NCBI GenBank assembly: GCA_021399345.1
Contig: JAAFKI010000112.1
Span: 45,753 to 109,752, forward strand
Length of the DNA stretch: 64,000 nucleotides
From: Candidatus Heimdallarchaeota archaeon
Lineage (GTDB): Archaea > Asgardarchaeota > Heimdallarchaeia > Heimdallarchaeales > Heimdallarchaeaceae
Direction: 5' to 3'
Program-made: the position numbers and the translations under genes
The notes under the pieces: generated by a model
The model's input: the letters and a program-made list of their open reading frames with translations, nothing else
Database searches by the model: none
Told to the model about the DNA's origin: nothing
Shown here: positions 53,051 through 62,774 of the stretch, piece after piece
Position numbering within the stretch: position 1 is the stretch's first letter
Layout: every line of letters begins with the position of its first letter

Positions 53051-54091
53051 TTACTTCTTCACAATTTTTCTACTTAACAATGTTATTGCTAAAACTGATA
53101 CTGAAGTAATTGTCACTATTTCGATTACTCCAAAACCTGCTTTATCAATTACAGGATCTTCTAATGTTCCAACTGAAGGGTCATATGTTACTTCATCATC
53201 AAAGTGCTCAAAGCTCAAGTATGTTTGGACAGAACCATCGCCTAAGGAAGAGACTGAACAATTAACTGTCTTGTATTCATAAGAATTGTTAATCAAGTAT
53301 TGGGCTTGATTTGCATAAGCGAAGAATGCTTGGTATTGTTCTTCACCAATAGAGATCTGCTCTTTTACTGCGTCTCCATGGTTGAGTACTTTGTATTCAT
53401 AGCCGGTTGTGTTTTCATTTGCGTTTATAGGATTACCATTAGTATCGTTGAGTCTATAATTGTATGCTGTATTCATTGGTATGAAATCGAATCGTAATGC
53501 AAGGTTTGAATCTTCTCTTTGCCATGGCCAATTATCCATGATAATATCAAATTTCATCTCTTGACCACCCTTTAATTCATATCCATCGATTACTTGATCA
53601 GCTAGATATAGATGAACAACAATTGTGATCTCAAAATCACCATAATTAGGTGCATTGATTGTTTCAGAAGTATAGTTGAAATGAACAGCAGATAGTTCTT
53701 CAGTTCCTTCAGTATATTCAACATCAAAACCACTGAAAATGAATCTTACACTTGATAATGGGAGTGTGTTTGAGAATACTGGACCTGGTGGAGCTTCTTC
53801 CTTCCATAAACCTGTTTCATTAAACTGGAATACTCCATCTTCATTATAATCTAGATATTCAGTAAGTGAATGGAACATAACATTGTATTCAAATCCTGCA
53901 TCTGTCATAAATTGGAATTTAGGAACTTGCCCTCCAGCTTTGGCAATAAAGTGCATGTCATAATAAGAAAATGTCACTTGGTTGTTATCTTCTATCCATA
54001 AGAAGTCTTGATCATCTGCACTTACTTGAGTAACTACAAGTAATGCTAGAAACGCTAAACCGATTGTTATTTTGATTGCTTTGTGTTTCAT
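53051..54091 (-). CDS. Secreted surface (glyco)protein with C-terminal TM anchor
   Basis: It has a signal peptide, at least six N-x-S/T sequons, and a C-terminal VIEIVTITSVSVLAITLLSRKIVKK. Confidence 0.5.
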   Translation of the reverse strand: MKHKAIKITIGLAFLALLVVTQVSADDQDFLWIEDNNQVTFSYYDMHFIAKAGGQVPKFQFMTDAGFEYNVMFHSLTEYLDYNEDGVFQFNETGLWKEEAPPGPVFSNTLPLSSVRFIFSGFDVEYTEGTEELSAVHFNYTSETINAPNYGDFEITIVVHLYLADQVIDGYELKGGQEMKFDIIMDNWPWQREDSNLALRFDFIPMNTAYNYRLNDTNGNPINANENTTGYEYKVLNHGDAVKEQISIGEEQYQAFFAYANQAQYLINNSYEYKTVNCSVSSLGDGSVQTYLSFEHFDDEVTYDPSVGTLEDPVIDKAGFGVIEIVTITSVSVLAITLLSRKIVKK

Positions 54092-54214
54092 TTTTGCTCA
54101 GCATTTCTTATTCTTCCCTTTTTGAATAGGTTCTCATTTATACAACCAAAGTTTGATTACTTTAGAAAACTAAAGTTAGTGAAAATAAGAAAAAAAGAAG
54201 AAAATAACATAACA

Positions 54215-55582
54215 TTATGTTATGCTCATATCTAAAGTTAGAAAGGCATGAGAATCTGAGATAGACCAGTAAACAGGAGGAAGTGGATAGCCATATAGTG
54301 GAAACATCCAATAATTTGTCCCTACTATAGCCATAGTTCCATAACCTGCCACATTTAGATAGAGAAGGTCATCTTCTAGTGGTGGGAATTCAGATTTCGC
54401 AATTTTGAACTCAAACATCCTATGATCTTCTGCACAATTTTCACTAGAACCATAAGAATAACCAATATCATAGTTTCCAGAAGCAATGGTGTTACCAACT
54501 ATCGATGCTATGTCACCCCCTGTGATTCTAAGTGAAAGTTTATCGATTTGGAGTTCATATGCAGTTGGAACTACATCTTCATCATTCCAGCAGTGAATTG
54601 TGAAATAAAACATTCCATTTGAAGCATTGATATTATTATGATTGAGGTCTACTGAACCGCTTACTATTGTATCTGCAGCGAAACTTATTTCGTTAACATC
54701 ATTTAGAAATGTACCTTCACTCATGTTTCCTGGTATTCCACCGTGTTCTGCAAAAGAGCAATAAAACTCATCAGGTACTCCAAAGTGTCCTACTGGATTT
54801 GAGGTTAAATTAGCTTTTAGTCTATATTCTAAATCCATATCAGTTACACTTGCCATGAACAATCCAATTATTTCATCTGGGATCTTTTCAGTGATATTGA
54901 CTCCAAATTGGATATCTAAGAAGTCTCCTGCCAACCAAAATCCACCACTCTCATAATTATAAGAACTTCCTGTATAGTTGCTGTTATCATATTCTGTCCA
55001 GAAATCATAAAAATCTCCAGTTGTATTTCCTCTAAGTACTTCTAATGTATCCATTTCTGGTACAATCGGGATATCTGGGTAAACATGTGTGCTAGGAATT
55101 GGATTTAATTCAAAATCGAACACATTATCACCACTTACATTATAGAATAAATACTCATATCCATAATCTTCTAATGAAAACAAAGCGAGTTTCGAATCCC
55201 AAGTATCAGGTAAACGATTTGCTAAGTGAAAAGCAAGCCATTCACCGTCTTCATTATTCGTTCTGTCAGAACATAAGTCTAATGCAATATAGTAGAAATC
55301 ATCATCTTCCGCTACCGAAAGGTAATTCCATCCATCTACATTGGCCAAGTCTACGACTGGATCAATTTCATTATCTATATCTAAGTAAAATGGTATATTA
55401 TAGTACGAACTTTGTAACCATTCACGTTTCTCAATTACACCATCAATTGTTGGAGTAATTTTAGCTGGGTCACTATTAAACTGCCAATCATTCCCCATTA
55501 GCCATCCTACAAAGAAAGCACCCCCACCAATAGCTAAAACAAGGACAATTGCAGTTACTTTAATACTTGAACTTTTTGACAT
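54215..55582 (-). CDS. Secreted/anchored hypothetical protein
   Basis: It has an N-terminal signal anchor (VTAIVLVLAIGGGAFFVGWLMG) and many N-x-S/T sequons. Confidence 0.5.
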   Translation of the reverse strand: MSKSSSIKVTAIVLVLAIGGGAFFVGWLMGNDWQFNSDPAKITPTIDGVIEKREWLQSSYYNIPFYLDIDNEIDPVVDLANVDGWNYLSVAEDDDFYYIALDLCSDRTNNEDGEWLAFHLANRLPDTWDSKLALFSLEDYGYEYLFYNVSGDNVFDFELNPIPSTHVYPDIPIVPEMDTLEVLRGNTTGDFYDFWTEYDNSNYTGSSYNYESGGFWLAGDFLDIQFGVNITEKIPDEIIGLFMASVTDMDLEYRLKANLTSNPVGHFGVPDEFYCSFAEHGGIPGNMSEGTFLNDVNEISFAADTIVSGSVDLNHNNINASNGMFYFTIHCWNDEDVVPTAYELQIDKLSLRITGGDIASIVGNTIASGNYDIGYSYGSSENCAEDHRMFEFKIAKSEFPPLEDDLLYLNVAGYGTMAIVGTNYWMFPLYGYPLPPVYWSISDSHAFLTLDMSIT

Positions 55583-55716
55583 ATTTTTGACCTTTTTTAT
55601 TTTTTAACCTTTTTAATTTGTAAAAAGATAGATACAATTATAGCGAGAGATGATATATACTTTTCCCAAAATTTTAAGCCTAGATAATGCGAAAGTCATA
55701 AAAGAGGGGAAAGGAA

Positions 55717-56415
55717 ATGAAATTGATGAAGAAAATAGGTATAATAGGTGGACTGAGTGCTGAATCTACTATTGAGTATTATAAGATACTAATCAAGGAA
55801 TATAACAAACGAAAAGGGGGAAAGTCTTCACCTCTACTCATAATAGATAGTCTAGATTTAGAAGAAGCTGTAAATTTAATGAGTAATAACGATTGGGATG
55901 GAGTTTTTAATATCATTTTCCAATCTGCTAAAAATCTAGAACATGCAGGTGCAGAAGTTATCATCATTGCAACCAATACCATTCACAAAGTCTTTGAAAG
56001 ATTACAAAAGAAAATCAAGACCCCGATGATTAGTATATTGGATGTAACTGCAGAAGCTGCTAAATCCAAAAATCTGAAGAAAATAGGTCTTTTGGGGACA
56101 ATTTTCACAATGCAATCAGATTTCTTTCAAAAAGCATTCCAAAGATATAATCTAGAAATTATTGTACCTAACCAAGAAGATCAAGAATTTATTAATGAAA
56201 TCATTTTCAACGAACTGACGTTTAATATAATAAAGTCTGAATCTAAAAGAGGATATCTAGAAGTAATTGAAAGATTACAACAAGAGGGAGCTGAAGGAGT
56301 TATCCTAGGATGTACTGAAATCCCCTTATTAATTAAGCAGAAAGACAGTCCCATACCTGTATTTGACACAACCACCCTTCATGCAATGGCTGCTCTAGAA
56401 TATGCAATGAAGTAA
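55717..56415 (+). CDS. Aspartate/glutamate racemase family protein
   Basis: It has MKKIGIIGGLSAESTIEYY, an N-terminal Cys region (IIIATNTIH) and a C-terminal GCTEIPLL with the second catalytic Cys. Confidence 0.78.
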   Translation: MKLMKKIGIIGGLSAESTIEYYKILIKEYNKRKGGKSSPLLIIDSLDLEEAVNLMSNNDWDGVFNIIFQSAKNLEHAGAEVIIIATNTIHKVFERLQKKIKTPMISILDVTAEAAKSKNLKKIGLLGTIFTMQSDFFQKAFQRYNLEIIVPNQEDQEFINEIIFNELTFNIIKSESKRGYLEVIERLQQEGAEGVILGCTEIPLLIKQKDSPIPVFDTTTLHAMAALEYAMK

Positions 56416-56524
56416 GATTCTCTTTCAAATACATTTATCCGGCATTACTCATATTTTACTACTAAAACAAGATATAAATACATTTCAACTCTCTGTAGCT
56501 TACTTATAGTGAAATCTCTACATA

Positions 56525-56947
56525 GTGATAACTCAAAATGACATGGTGAACATAATGACTGCTGAAACTGTGGAGTTGAAATTCGATCAAGAAGAGATAG
56601 ATAAAGCTGAGGAAGAATACAAGAAGCTTCATCTAGATCCTGCTCAACAAGACATGGTTGACTCCATAACAAAAATCATGAATGAACTGGTGCCAATACC
56701 TGAAGCAGCTATTAAGGGATTCACATGGAAAGTCATGAGTAATTGGCAGAGGATGCGTAGAATTACAATAGCCGAGTTAAATAATAGACCTCTAAGAGAT
56801 AGAATAGAGGTAACTAAAGAGATGATTAAGCAAGCAAAGAAATTTTTTGTTAGTCTTCTTTCAGAATCTACACCTGAGCAGAGAGAGATACTGGAAAGAA
56901 AGTTTGATACGGTTTTAAAACAAAGCTCAGAGTTATTGAAAAATTAG
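56525..56947 (+). CDS. Hypothetical protein
   Basis: A 140-aa helical ORF with no motifs. Confidence 0.35.
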   Translation: MITQNDMVNIMTAETVELKFDQEEIDKAEEEYKKLHLDPAQQDMVDSITKIMNELVPIPEAAIKGFTWKVMSNWQRMRRITIAELNNRPLRDRIEVTKEMIKQAKKFFVSLLSESTPEQREILERKFDTVLKQSSELLKN

Positions 56948-58890
56948 ACAAAGATTGATTCTAAATAATCAGATAATCTTGTTCTGTCAGACAAACTCAG
57001 TTCTTGATTGGAGTTTATTTTTGTGCTTAAATCACCCCAGATTTCTGAAAATGTGCTAAAATCAGTGATAAGTTTCTTTATTTTCTGTACAGCAGAATAA
57101 GATTTACCAACAAAGACATAACTAAGTAGCATATTTTCACTGTGATAAAGAACTATGCCAAAATTCCTAAATTGAAGACGATAAGAAGTGTTTTTATCAG
57201 GTTCTTTTTCTTCTAGAAAGTCATGTATTGTAGTTATTATCCCCTCAACTAAATCATTTTCTAGAGGAATATCTTCAAAATTATCTGAAAAGACAACATG
57301 ACCAGTTTTATCCATAATCAGGAAAATACTTGGATCTTCAATTTCATGAGAAACATCTGCAAAGCTTATTCTATTCTTAATTAGCTTATTCATCATATCC
57401 TCTAAATGAGTTAACTCCATACGATCAGCAATATTTGGAAGTTTAGTAGTGAAACTTTCCCAGCTGCTAATTTGTTCTAGAAGATGATCGTATTCATTAG
57501 AAATTAGTGTCGCTAAGCGAGTTATACCTTTTTCATCTGCAATATTTTGGGCTTTTTCTAACATTATTTTTGCTTCTTCAATTTTAAGTTCTATTAGTGC
57601 TAAATGAGATTTGAGCATATAGGTTTCAGCAAGTAAAACCGATGATTTCTGCTTTTTTGCAAGTTCATCTAGTTGATTTATAGTTTGTTTAAGAGGTAAA
57701 AGCAATTCTAAATCGTTGGTCTGTTTCAATCTTCGAAGATAAAAATCACATAAATGAAATAAAGCCATCCTGTTCATTTCTATATAAATCAACTTCTCTT
57801 GAACAATCTCCTTCAACATTTTTTCTATTTTATCTTGATTATCATCAAAAGAACGCGCTTTAAGATAGATAGATTGAGCTAGATTGTAAATATGCACTAA
57901 GGGATAGCTTTCAACACTTGCATCTTGCAAACTTCTAATAGTAGCGACTATTTCCATTTTTTCTAAGTTTTGTTTTATATCTTCGTATTTTCCTTGTTCA
58001 AGATAAACTAAATTTGTTCTGAAAAGTACAGCAAGATAATGTCTATTTCCAAAAAGCTTCCCTCTTTTTATTTGCCCTAACGATTTCTTATAATATTGTA
58101 ATGAAGTTTCCAATTCCCCTTTTTGCCAATAATAGAACCCTAAATCAGCATATATTGCACCCAAGCTGTAAGAAGAATCAATCTCTTCCGCATATGATAG
58201 TGCCTTCAATGAGTATCTAAGATATTCGTCTAGTTCTCCTTTTTGAATAAAAACTGCTGCAATATTAGTTGTACATGCAATAATTCCCACAATATTACCT
58301 AGTTCTGTAAAAATCTTCAAACTTTGATTATAATAATTCCCACTCTTAGAATAATCCCCCTGTTCAAAAAAAGCATAAGCTTTGCCAAATAGATGCCAAG
58401 CTTTCTGATACTCGTCTCCTACTTGTTCAAATATATCTATAGCTTGATCTATTTTATCCATGTATTTTTCTGATCTACTACTAATCCCAAATGTAAGAAT
58501 TCTTGCTTTCCTTTTGAGATATTCTGGTGATTCTTTATCCTTGTATTTTTCAAGAACTTCTATTGCATGCTTCATTTTTTCGCTAGCTGATTCGCCTATG
58601 CCTAAGTAGCTAGAGGATCGAGCATAAGCCATAGCTGAATCGAAAATTAAGAATGTATCACCGATTTTGACACTTTTTTCATAAGCTTGTTTAGCATTTT
58701 CTAATGCCTCAGAGAATGGTTGAATATCGAGAAATATTTTTGCTTTGAGGATTTTTGCTTGAATAATTTCTTCTTCAAGAAGTTCCTTTCTTTTCAGAAG
58801 ATTATTCAATTGTTTTAGAGATTCTTGATACTTACTGCTAATAATTAATTGTTCTATTTCTTTTAGTTCAGTAGAAAATACCCCTTTCAT
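56944..58890 (-). CDS. TPR-repeat protein with conserved C-terminal alpha/beta domain (family member C)
   Basis: Its N-terminus MKGVFSTELKEIEQLI parallels MKGIFVKELEEIESLI of member A. It has the linker ISSWESFTTKLPNIADRMELTHLEDMMNKLI and the C-terminal PSIFLIMDKTGHVVFSD...LLSYVFVGKSY. Confidence 0.72.
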   Translation of the reverse strand: MKGVFSTELKEIEQLIISSKYQESLKQLNNLLKRKELLEEEIIQAKILKAKIFLDIQPFSEALENAKQAYEKSVKIGDTFLIFDSAMAYARSSSYLGIGESASEKMKHAIEVLEKYKDKESPEYLKRKARILTFGISSRSEKYMDKIDQAIDIFEQVGDEYQKAWHLFGKAYAFFEQGDYSKSGNYYNQSLKIFTELGNIVGIIACTTNIAAVFIQKGELDEYLRYSLKALSYAEEIDSSYSLGAIYADLGFYYWQKGELETSLQYYKKSLGQIKRGKLFGNRHYLAVLFRTNLVYLEQGKYEDIKQNLEKMEIVATIRSLQDASVESYPLVHIYNLAQSIYLKARSFDDNQDKIEKMLKEIVQEKLIYIEMNRMALFHLCDFYLRRLKQTNDLELLLPLKQTINQLDELAKKQKSSVLLAETYMLKSHLALIELKIEEAKIMLEKAQNIADEKGITRLATLISNEYDHLLEQISSWESFTTKLPNIADRMELTHLEDMMNKLIKNRISFADVSHEIEDPSIFLIMDKTGHVVFSDNFEDIPLENDLVEGIITTIHDFLEEKEPDKNTSYRLQFRNFGIVLYHSENMLLSYVFVGKSYSAVQKIKKLITDFSTFSEIWGDLSTKINSNQELSLSDRTRLSDYLESIFV

Positions 58891-59031
58891 GTTCTCACTT
58901 CATAATCTCAAATTGCTTATAGTAATTCTTCACTTCTTATTAGTTTTTTGTAAAAATCTAGAATCTTAAGGATGTGTTCATGAAAAAGATTAAAACTAAG
59001 CCAATAGACTTCTCTTCATAAGGTATTTACA

Positions 59032-60492
59032 ATGACTAATTCCTCCGACATAATTCACTGGATTGATGCTAATCAACAAAGATTCATAGATATTTCTGAT
59101 AAAATCTGGGAATATGCAGAAATTCGCTTTGAAGAAATCAAATCTGCTAAGCTGCAAATCAAGGTTTTGGAAGAGGAAGGTTTTGAAGTTACTAAAGGTG
59201 TAGCAGATATGCCTACAGCTTTTGTTGCTTCTTATGGAGAAGAAGGACCTATTATAGCTGTTTTAGGTGAATACGACGCCTTATCAGGTTTAAGTCAAAA
59301 ATCAGGAGTATTTGAAAAAACTCCTGTGGAAGAAGGAGCTAGTGGTCATGGCTGTGGTCATAATCTACTTGGAGCAGGGAGTCTAGCAGCTGCGATCGCT
59401 GTTAAACACTATCTTGAATCTCATAAAATTCCAGGTATCATTCAATATTATGGATGTCCTGGGGAGGAAGGTGGATCTGGCAAAACATACATGGTTAGAG
59501 AAGGATTATTCGATGCTGTTGATATTGCTTTGTGTTGGCATCCCTTTAGTACAAACTTCATATTCAACTTATCTAGTTTATCCAATATTCAAGTATACTT
59601 CCGTTTTAAGGGTATAAGTGCCCATGCAGCAGCAGCACCTCATATGGGTCGATCGGCTTTGGATGCAGTTGAACTCATGAATATAGGTGCGAACTACTTA
59701 CGAGAGCATATTATAACTCAGGCTAGATTGCATTACGCTATCACAAATACAGGAGGAAATGCGCCTAATGTAGTCCAAGCAGATGCCGAAGTATTGTATT
59801 TAATTCGTGCTCCGACTTCTTCACAAACAAAAGAAATTTACGAAAGGGTGAAAAAAATAGCTAAAGGAGCAGCATTAATGACAGAAACTGAAGTTGAGAT
59901 AATCTTCGATAAAGCTGCATCTAATCTTATACCAAATAATGTTGTAGGGGAAGTACTATTTGAGAAATTCAAAGAAGTGGGAGCCCCCCAATATACAGAA
60001 GAAGAAATAGAATTCGGTAAGAAACTTCGTCAAACCTTCAATGAAGGAGAACTTCCTGAACTAAACACATTTGGAGCATTTAAAGAAGAACTGGGAGAAG
60101 ATATGATTGAAAAGATCAAAACTAAAATTATCTTTGATGCTATCCTCCCAAATACTTTACCAGAGTTTACTCTTCCTGGTTCAACTGATGTAGGGGATGT
60201 AAGCTGGGTAGTACCGACTTCACAAATAGGAACATCTTGTGTCATTTTAGGCACTCCCGGTCATTCTTGGCAAGAGGTAACTCAATGTACAACTAGTATA
60301 AGCCACAAAGGAATGATAGCAGCTGCAAAAGTGATGTCTTTAACAGCATTGGAGTTTATGGAAAATGTTGAACTTGTTAATGAGGCCAAAGCTGAATTGA
60401 AAAAGAGACTAGGTTCAACAAAATATGAGTCTCCAATTGCATCTGAAGTAAAACCAAATGTCCCTGAATGGGTTTATGAAGCAATGAAATAG
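59032..60492 (+). CDS. M20-family amidohydrolase (AbgB / aminoacylase-like)
   Basis: It has a metal-binding region (SGHGCGHNLLGAGSLAAAIAV) and a size and layout matching M20D peptidases. Confidence 0.82.
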   Translation: MTNSSDIIHWIDANQQRFIDISDKIWEYAEIRFEEIKSAKLQIKVLEEEGFEVTKGVADMPTAFVASYGEEGPIIAVLGEYDALSGLSQKSGVFEKTPVEEGASGHGCGHNLLGAGSLAAAIAVKHYLESHKIPGIIQYYGCPGEEGGSGKTYMVREGLFDAVDIALCWHPFSTNFIFNLSSLSNIQVYFRFKGISAHAAAAPHMGRSALDAVELMNIGANYLREHIITQARLHYAITNTGGNAPNVVQADAEVLYLIRAPTSSQTKEIYERVKKIAKGAALMTETEVEIIFDKAASNLIPNNVVGEVLFEKFKEVGAPQYTEEEIEFGKKLRQTFNEGELPELNTFGAFKEELGEDMIEKIKTKIIFDAILPNTLPEFTLPGSTDVGDVSWVVPTSQIGTSCVILGTPGHSWQEVTQCTTSISHKGMIAAAKVMSLTALEFMENVELVNEAKAELKKRLGSTKYESPIASEVKPNVPEWVYEAMK

Positions 60493-60547
60493 TACATAGA
60501 ACCCAATAGACGATAGAAAACGAGATCTACATCTAGGTACTTGAATC

Positions 60548-60835
60548 TTAGTTGGAAAGTTGTTTAATTACATCAAAAATTCTAACTTCTGGCAATCCTA
60601 CTAAATCATAAACTTCCTTAATGCTTTTTACTAATTCGGAAGTTCGAAAATTATTCAAATTGGTCTCATTGTCAAAGAACATAATACTTCCATATTGATT
60701 TATTCGTTCATCTTTCATATAGACAATCTGTGTTAATCCTGGTACATCCTTGTATTGACTTTCCCTAGACTCTGCTAATTTCATTATCTCGTCAAATGAC
60801 ATATTACTTCTAAAGTGATAAGTAAGCACTTTCAT
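60548..60835 (-). CDS. Small alpha/beta hypothetical protein (possibly Dabb/ABM-like)
   Basis: A 95-aa ORF with an alternating beta/alpha hydrophobic pattern. The fold assignment is speculative. Confidence 0.35.
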   Translation of the reverse strand: MKVLTYHFRSNMSFDEIMKLAESRESQYKDVPGLTQIVYMKDERINQYGSIMFFDNETNLNNFRTSELVKSIKEVYDLVGLPEVRIFDVIKQLSN

Positions 60836-60918
60836 AAAGAGACTTAGTTCGTTTTTTCTTTTTAATGTAGTTATTTACCAAAAAATAGATTTTTGTTAAT
60901 CCACAACACTCATAATTT

Positions 60919-61134
60919 GTGATTGGGAGAATTATCAATATGAGTGAACAGACTAAATTACTAAAAACATGCTGTGGGGGAGAACTTCCTGCAAAAGAAG
61001 TCACAACGATCTATAAAGGTAAGAAATTGTTTTTTTGCGATACACCTTGCTTAGATCTTTTCATAAAAAATCCTGAAAGGTTTTTGGCTTCGACTCATTT
61101 TCGTCTTAATTTTGAAGAACTAGAAGATGAGTAA
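60919..61134 (+). CDS. YHS/TRASH-like small metal-binding domain protein
   Basis: It has CCGGE...IYKGKKLFFCDTPCLDLFIKNPERF, matching the y-x-G-x-x-Y-F-C-x-x-x-C-x-x-x-F pattern of YHS domains. Confidence 0.45.
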   Translation: MIGRIINMSEQTKLLKTCCGGELPAKEVTTIYKGKKLFFCDTPCLDLFIKNPERFLASTHFRLNFEELEDE

Positions 61135-61184
61135 AGCAAGTTTACTAACTGAAGAAATTTTATCAATATAAAAAGAAAAAAAGA

Positions 61185-62483
61185 TCATCCATAAATTGAT
61201 GTATCTGCGAATGTTTCAGGAAAGTCTTCGTCTTCGAAATCTTCTGGTTTCTGACTTGGTGAAGATTTTTTATCTTGTGAAGGTTTAGTCTTAGGAAATC
61301 GACCATGTCTTTCACGATCTTGTTCTCTTTCTTGTTTGTATAAGTAATATCTTCGGATGTCTTTCTTCATAAACATCTCAATACGTCTAATCATATTCCT
61401 TTCTTCGCCATCTATTAGAGAGATTGCGACACCTGCTCTTTCCATCCTTGAAGTTCTTCCTATTCTATGAATATAATTTTCAGGATTTCCGATAGGTAGA
61501 TCATAATTGAAGATATGAGAAACGTGAGGGATGTCTAATCCTCTTGCTGCGACATCTGTAGCAATAAGACATGTGATTTTATCTTTTCTAAACTCTCGCA
61601 TAGAAATTTCTCTTTGTCTTTGTGACATATCTCCCTGAAGCGCACCTACCCTCATATGGATTCTTTTATCGTTGGTCAGTTTTCGCTCCAGGTTTGCACC
61701 CCATCTTTTAGTATTAACAAAAACAATACTTGATTTTGGTTTTTCTCTTAATAGAATATTAACAAAGGAGTTGTATTTTTTCTTAGGATCCGGTACTTCA
61801 TAGTAATATTGTTTGCAAGAACCTACAGTCAAATCATCTCTACTAACATCTATCTCTACGATGTTCTCTTCTAAACTATAATCAAGCATTATGTCTTTTA
61901 CTTCAGGTAGCATAGTAGCTGAGAACAGAAGAAATCTAGGGTAGACATCTTTCATTGCTTCAAATAGAATATAATTAACATCTGGGAGAAATCCCATATC
62001 GAGCATGCGATCAGCCTCGTCAAGTACTACAAAACTCACTTCTCTGAAAGAAATTGCTTTTCTATTGAATAAATCTATTAGTCTTCCAGGAGTGGCTACA
62101 ACAATCTGAGCTCCTGAGCGGATATTTTCTATTTGTCTGTTGATGGAAACTCCTCCATAAACCTCAACAGCTTTTAATCTTCTATGTGTATTCAGTTTGG
62201 TAATTACTGTATAAACTTGTTTACATAACTCTCTTGTAGGAACTAAAATTACTGCTTGAACTTTTCTTAGTGTGGGGTCGAGTTCTTCGGTAATTGGTAT
62301 AGCGAAAGCTAATGTCTTTCCTGTACCTGTTTTAGCTTGCGATAAAATATGTGTTTTTTCTCCCTTTAGTATCTCGGGAATAGCTTTTTCTTGAATATCT
62401 GTGGGTGTATGAATTCCCATTTCTTGTAAAGCTTGCTTTATTTGGTCATTAATCTTGTAATCTTTAAATTTCATTAGTATCAT
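61185..62483 (-). CDS. DEAD-box ATP-dependent RNA helicase (paralog 2)
   Basis: It has the same motif set as 41114..42358 (AKTGTGKTLAFAIPI, VLDEADRMLDMGF, SAT, HRIGRTSR). The two N-termini are nearly identical (MKFKDYKINDQIKQAL versus MKFQDYDLNNQIKLAL). Confidence 0.9.
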   Translation of the reverse strand: MILMKFKDYKINDQIKQALQEMGIHTPTDIQEKAIPEILKGEKTHILSQAKTGTGKTLAFAIPITEELDPTLRKVQAVILVPTRELCKQVYTVITKLNTHRRLKAVEVYGGVSINRQIENIRSGAQIVVATPGRLIDLFNRKAISFREVSFVVLDEADRMLDMGFLPDVNYILFEAMKDVYPRFLLFSATMLPEVKDIMLDYSLEENIVEIDVSRDDLTVGSCKQYYYEVPDPKKKYNSFVNILLREKPKSSIVFVNTKRWGANLERKLTNDKRIHMRVGALQGDMSQRQREISMREFRKDKITCLIATDVAARGLDIPHVSHIFNYDLPIGNPENYIHRIGRTSRMERAGVAISLIDGEERNMIRRIEMFMKKDIRRYYLYKQEREQDRERHGRFPKTKPSQDKKSSPSQKPEDFEDEDFPETFADTSIYG

Positions 62484-62774
62484 TCGTGTATCTTTTTAAT
62501 CAAACTAAGTATCATTATGACGAATGTTTTCGCTTCAAATTTTTTCATAGTTTTAATTTTTGAACAAGATAGAAATTCTATTTTTCTTATCTTCTTCAAC
62601 TCTAAGCTACTTAATTTTTCTAGCTTTAAAAGACTTTGTTATTGCAACTTTAAGAGCTAAACCTTCTAATACTGAAATTCATCAGAATGGAAAAATTTAG
62701 GAGAAAGAAAGAGGTCACTACATAATACTTATAATTTGTACAGTATTCCAAGTACAAAAAGTTGAATGAAGAAT

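Noticed and set aside
46208-58890. Interpreting the TPR proteins as RNPP-type (Rap/NprR/PlcR-like) quorum-sensing receptors with the MPDI proteins as their peptides
   Set aside because: RNPP ligands are secreted and processed peptides. The MPDI proteins have no signal peptide and look like folded zinc-binding domains. The TPR proteins also lack a DNA-binding or phosphatase domain. The idea is kept only as a loose analogy.
60919-61134. Treating the 71-aa YHS/TRASH-like ORF as part of a copper-resistance operon
   Set aside because: No P-type ATPase, copper chaperone or CopZ/CsoR-like gene is adjacent. It is likely a stand-alone small metal-binding domain protein, or the call is spurious.
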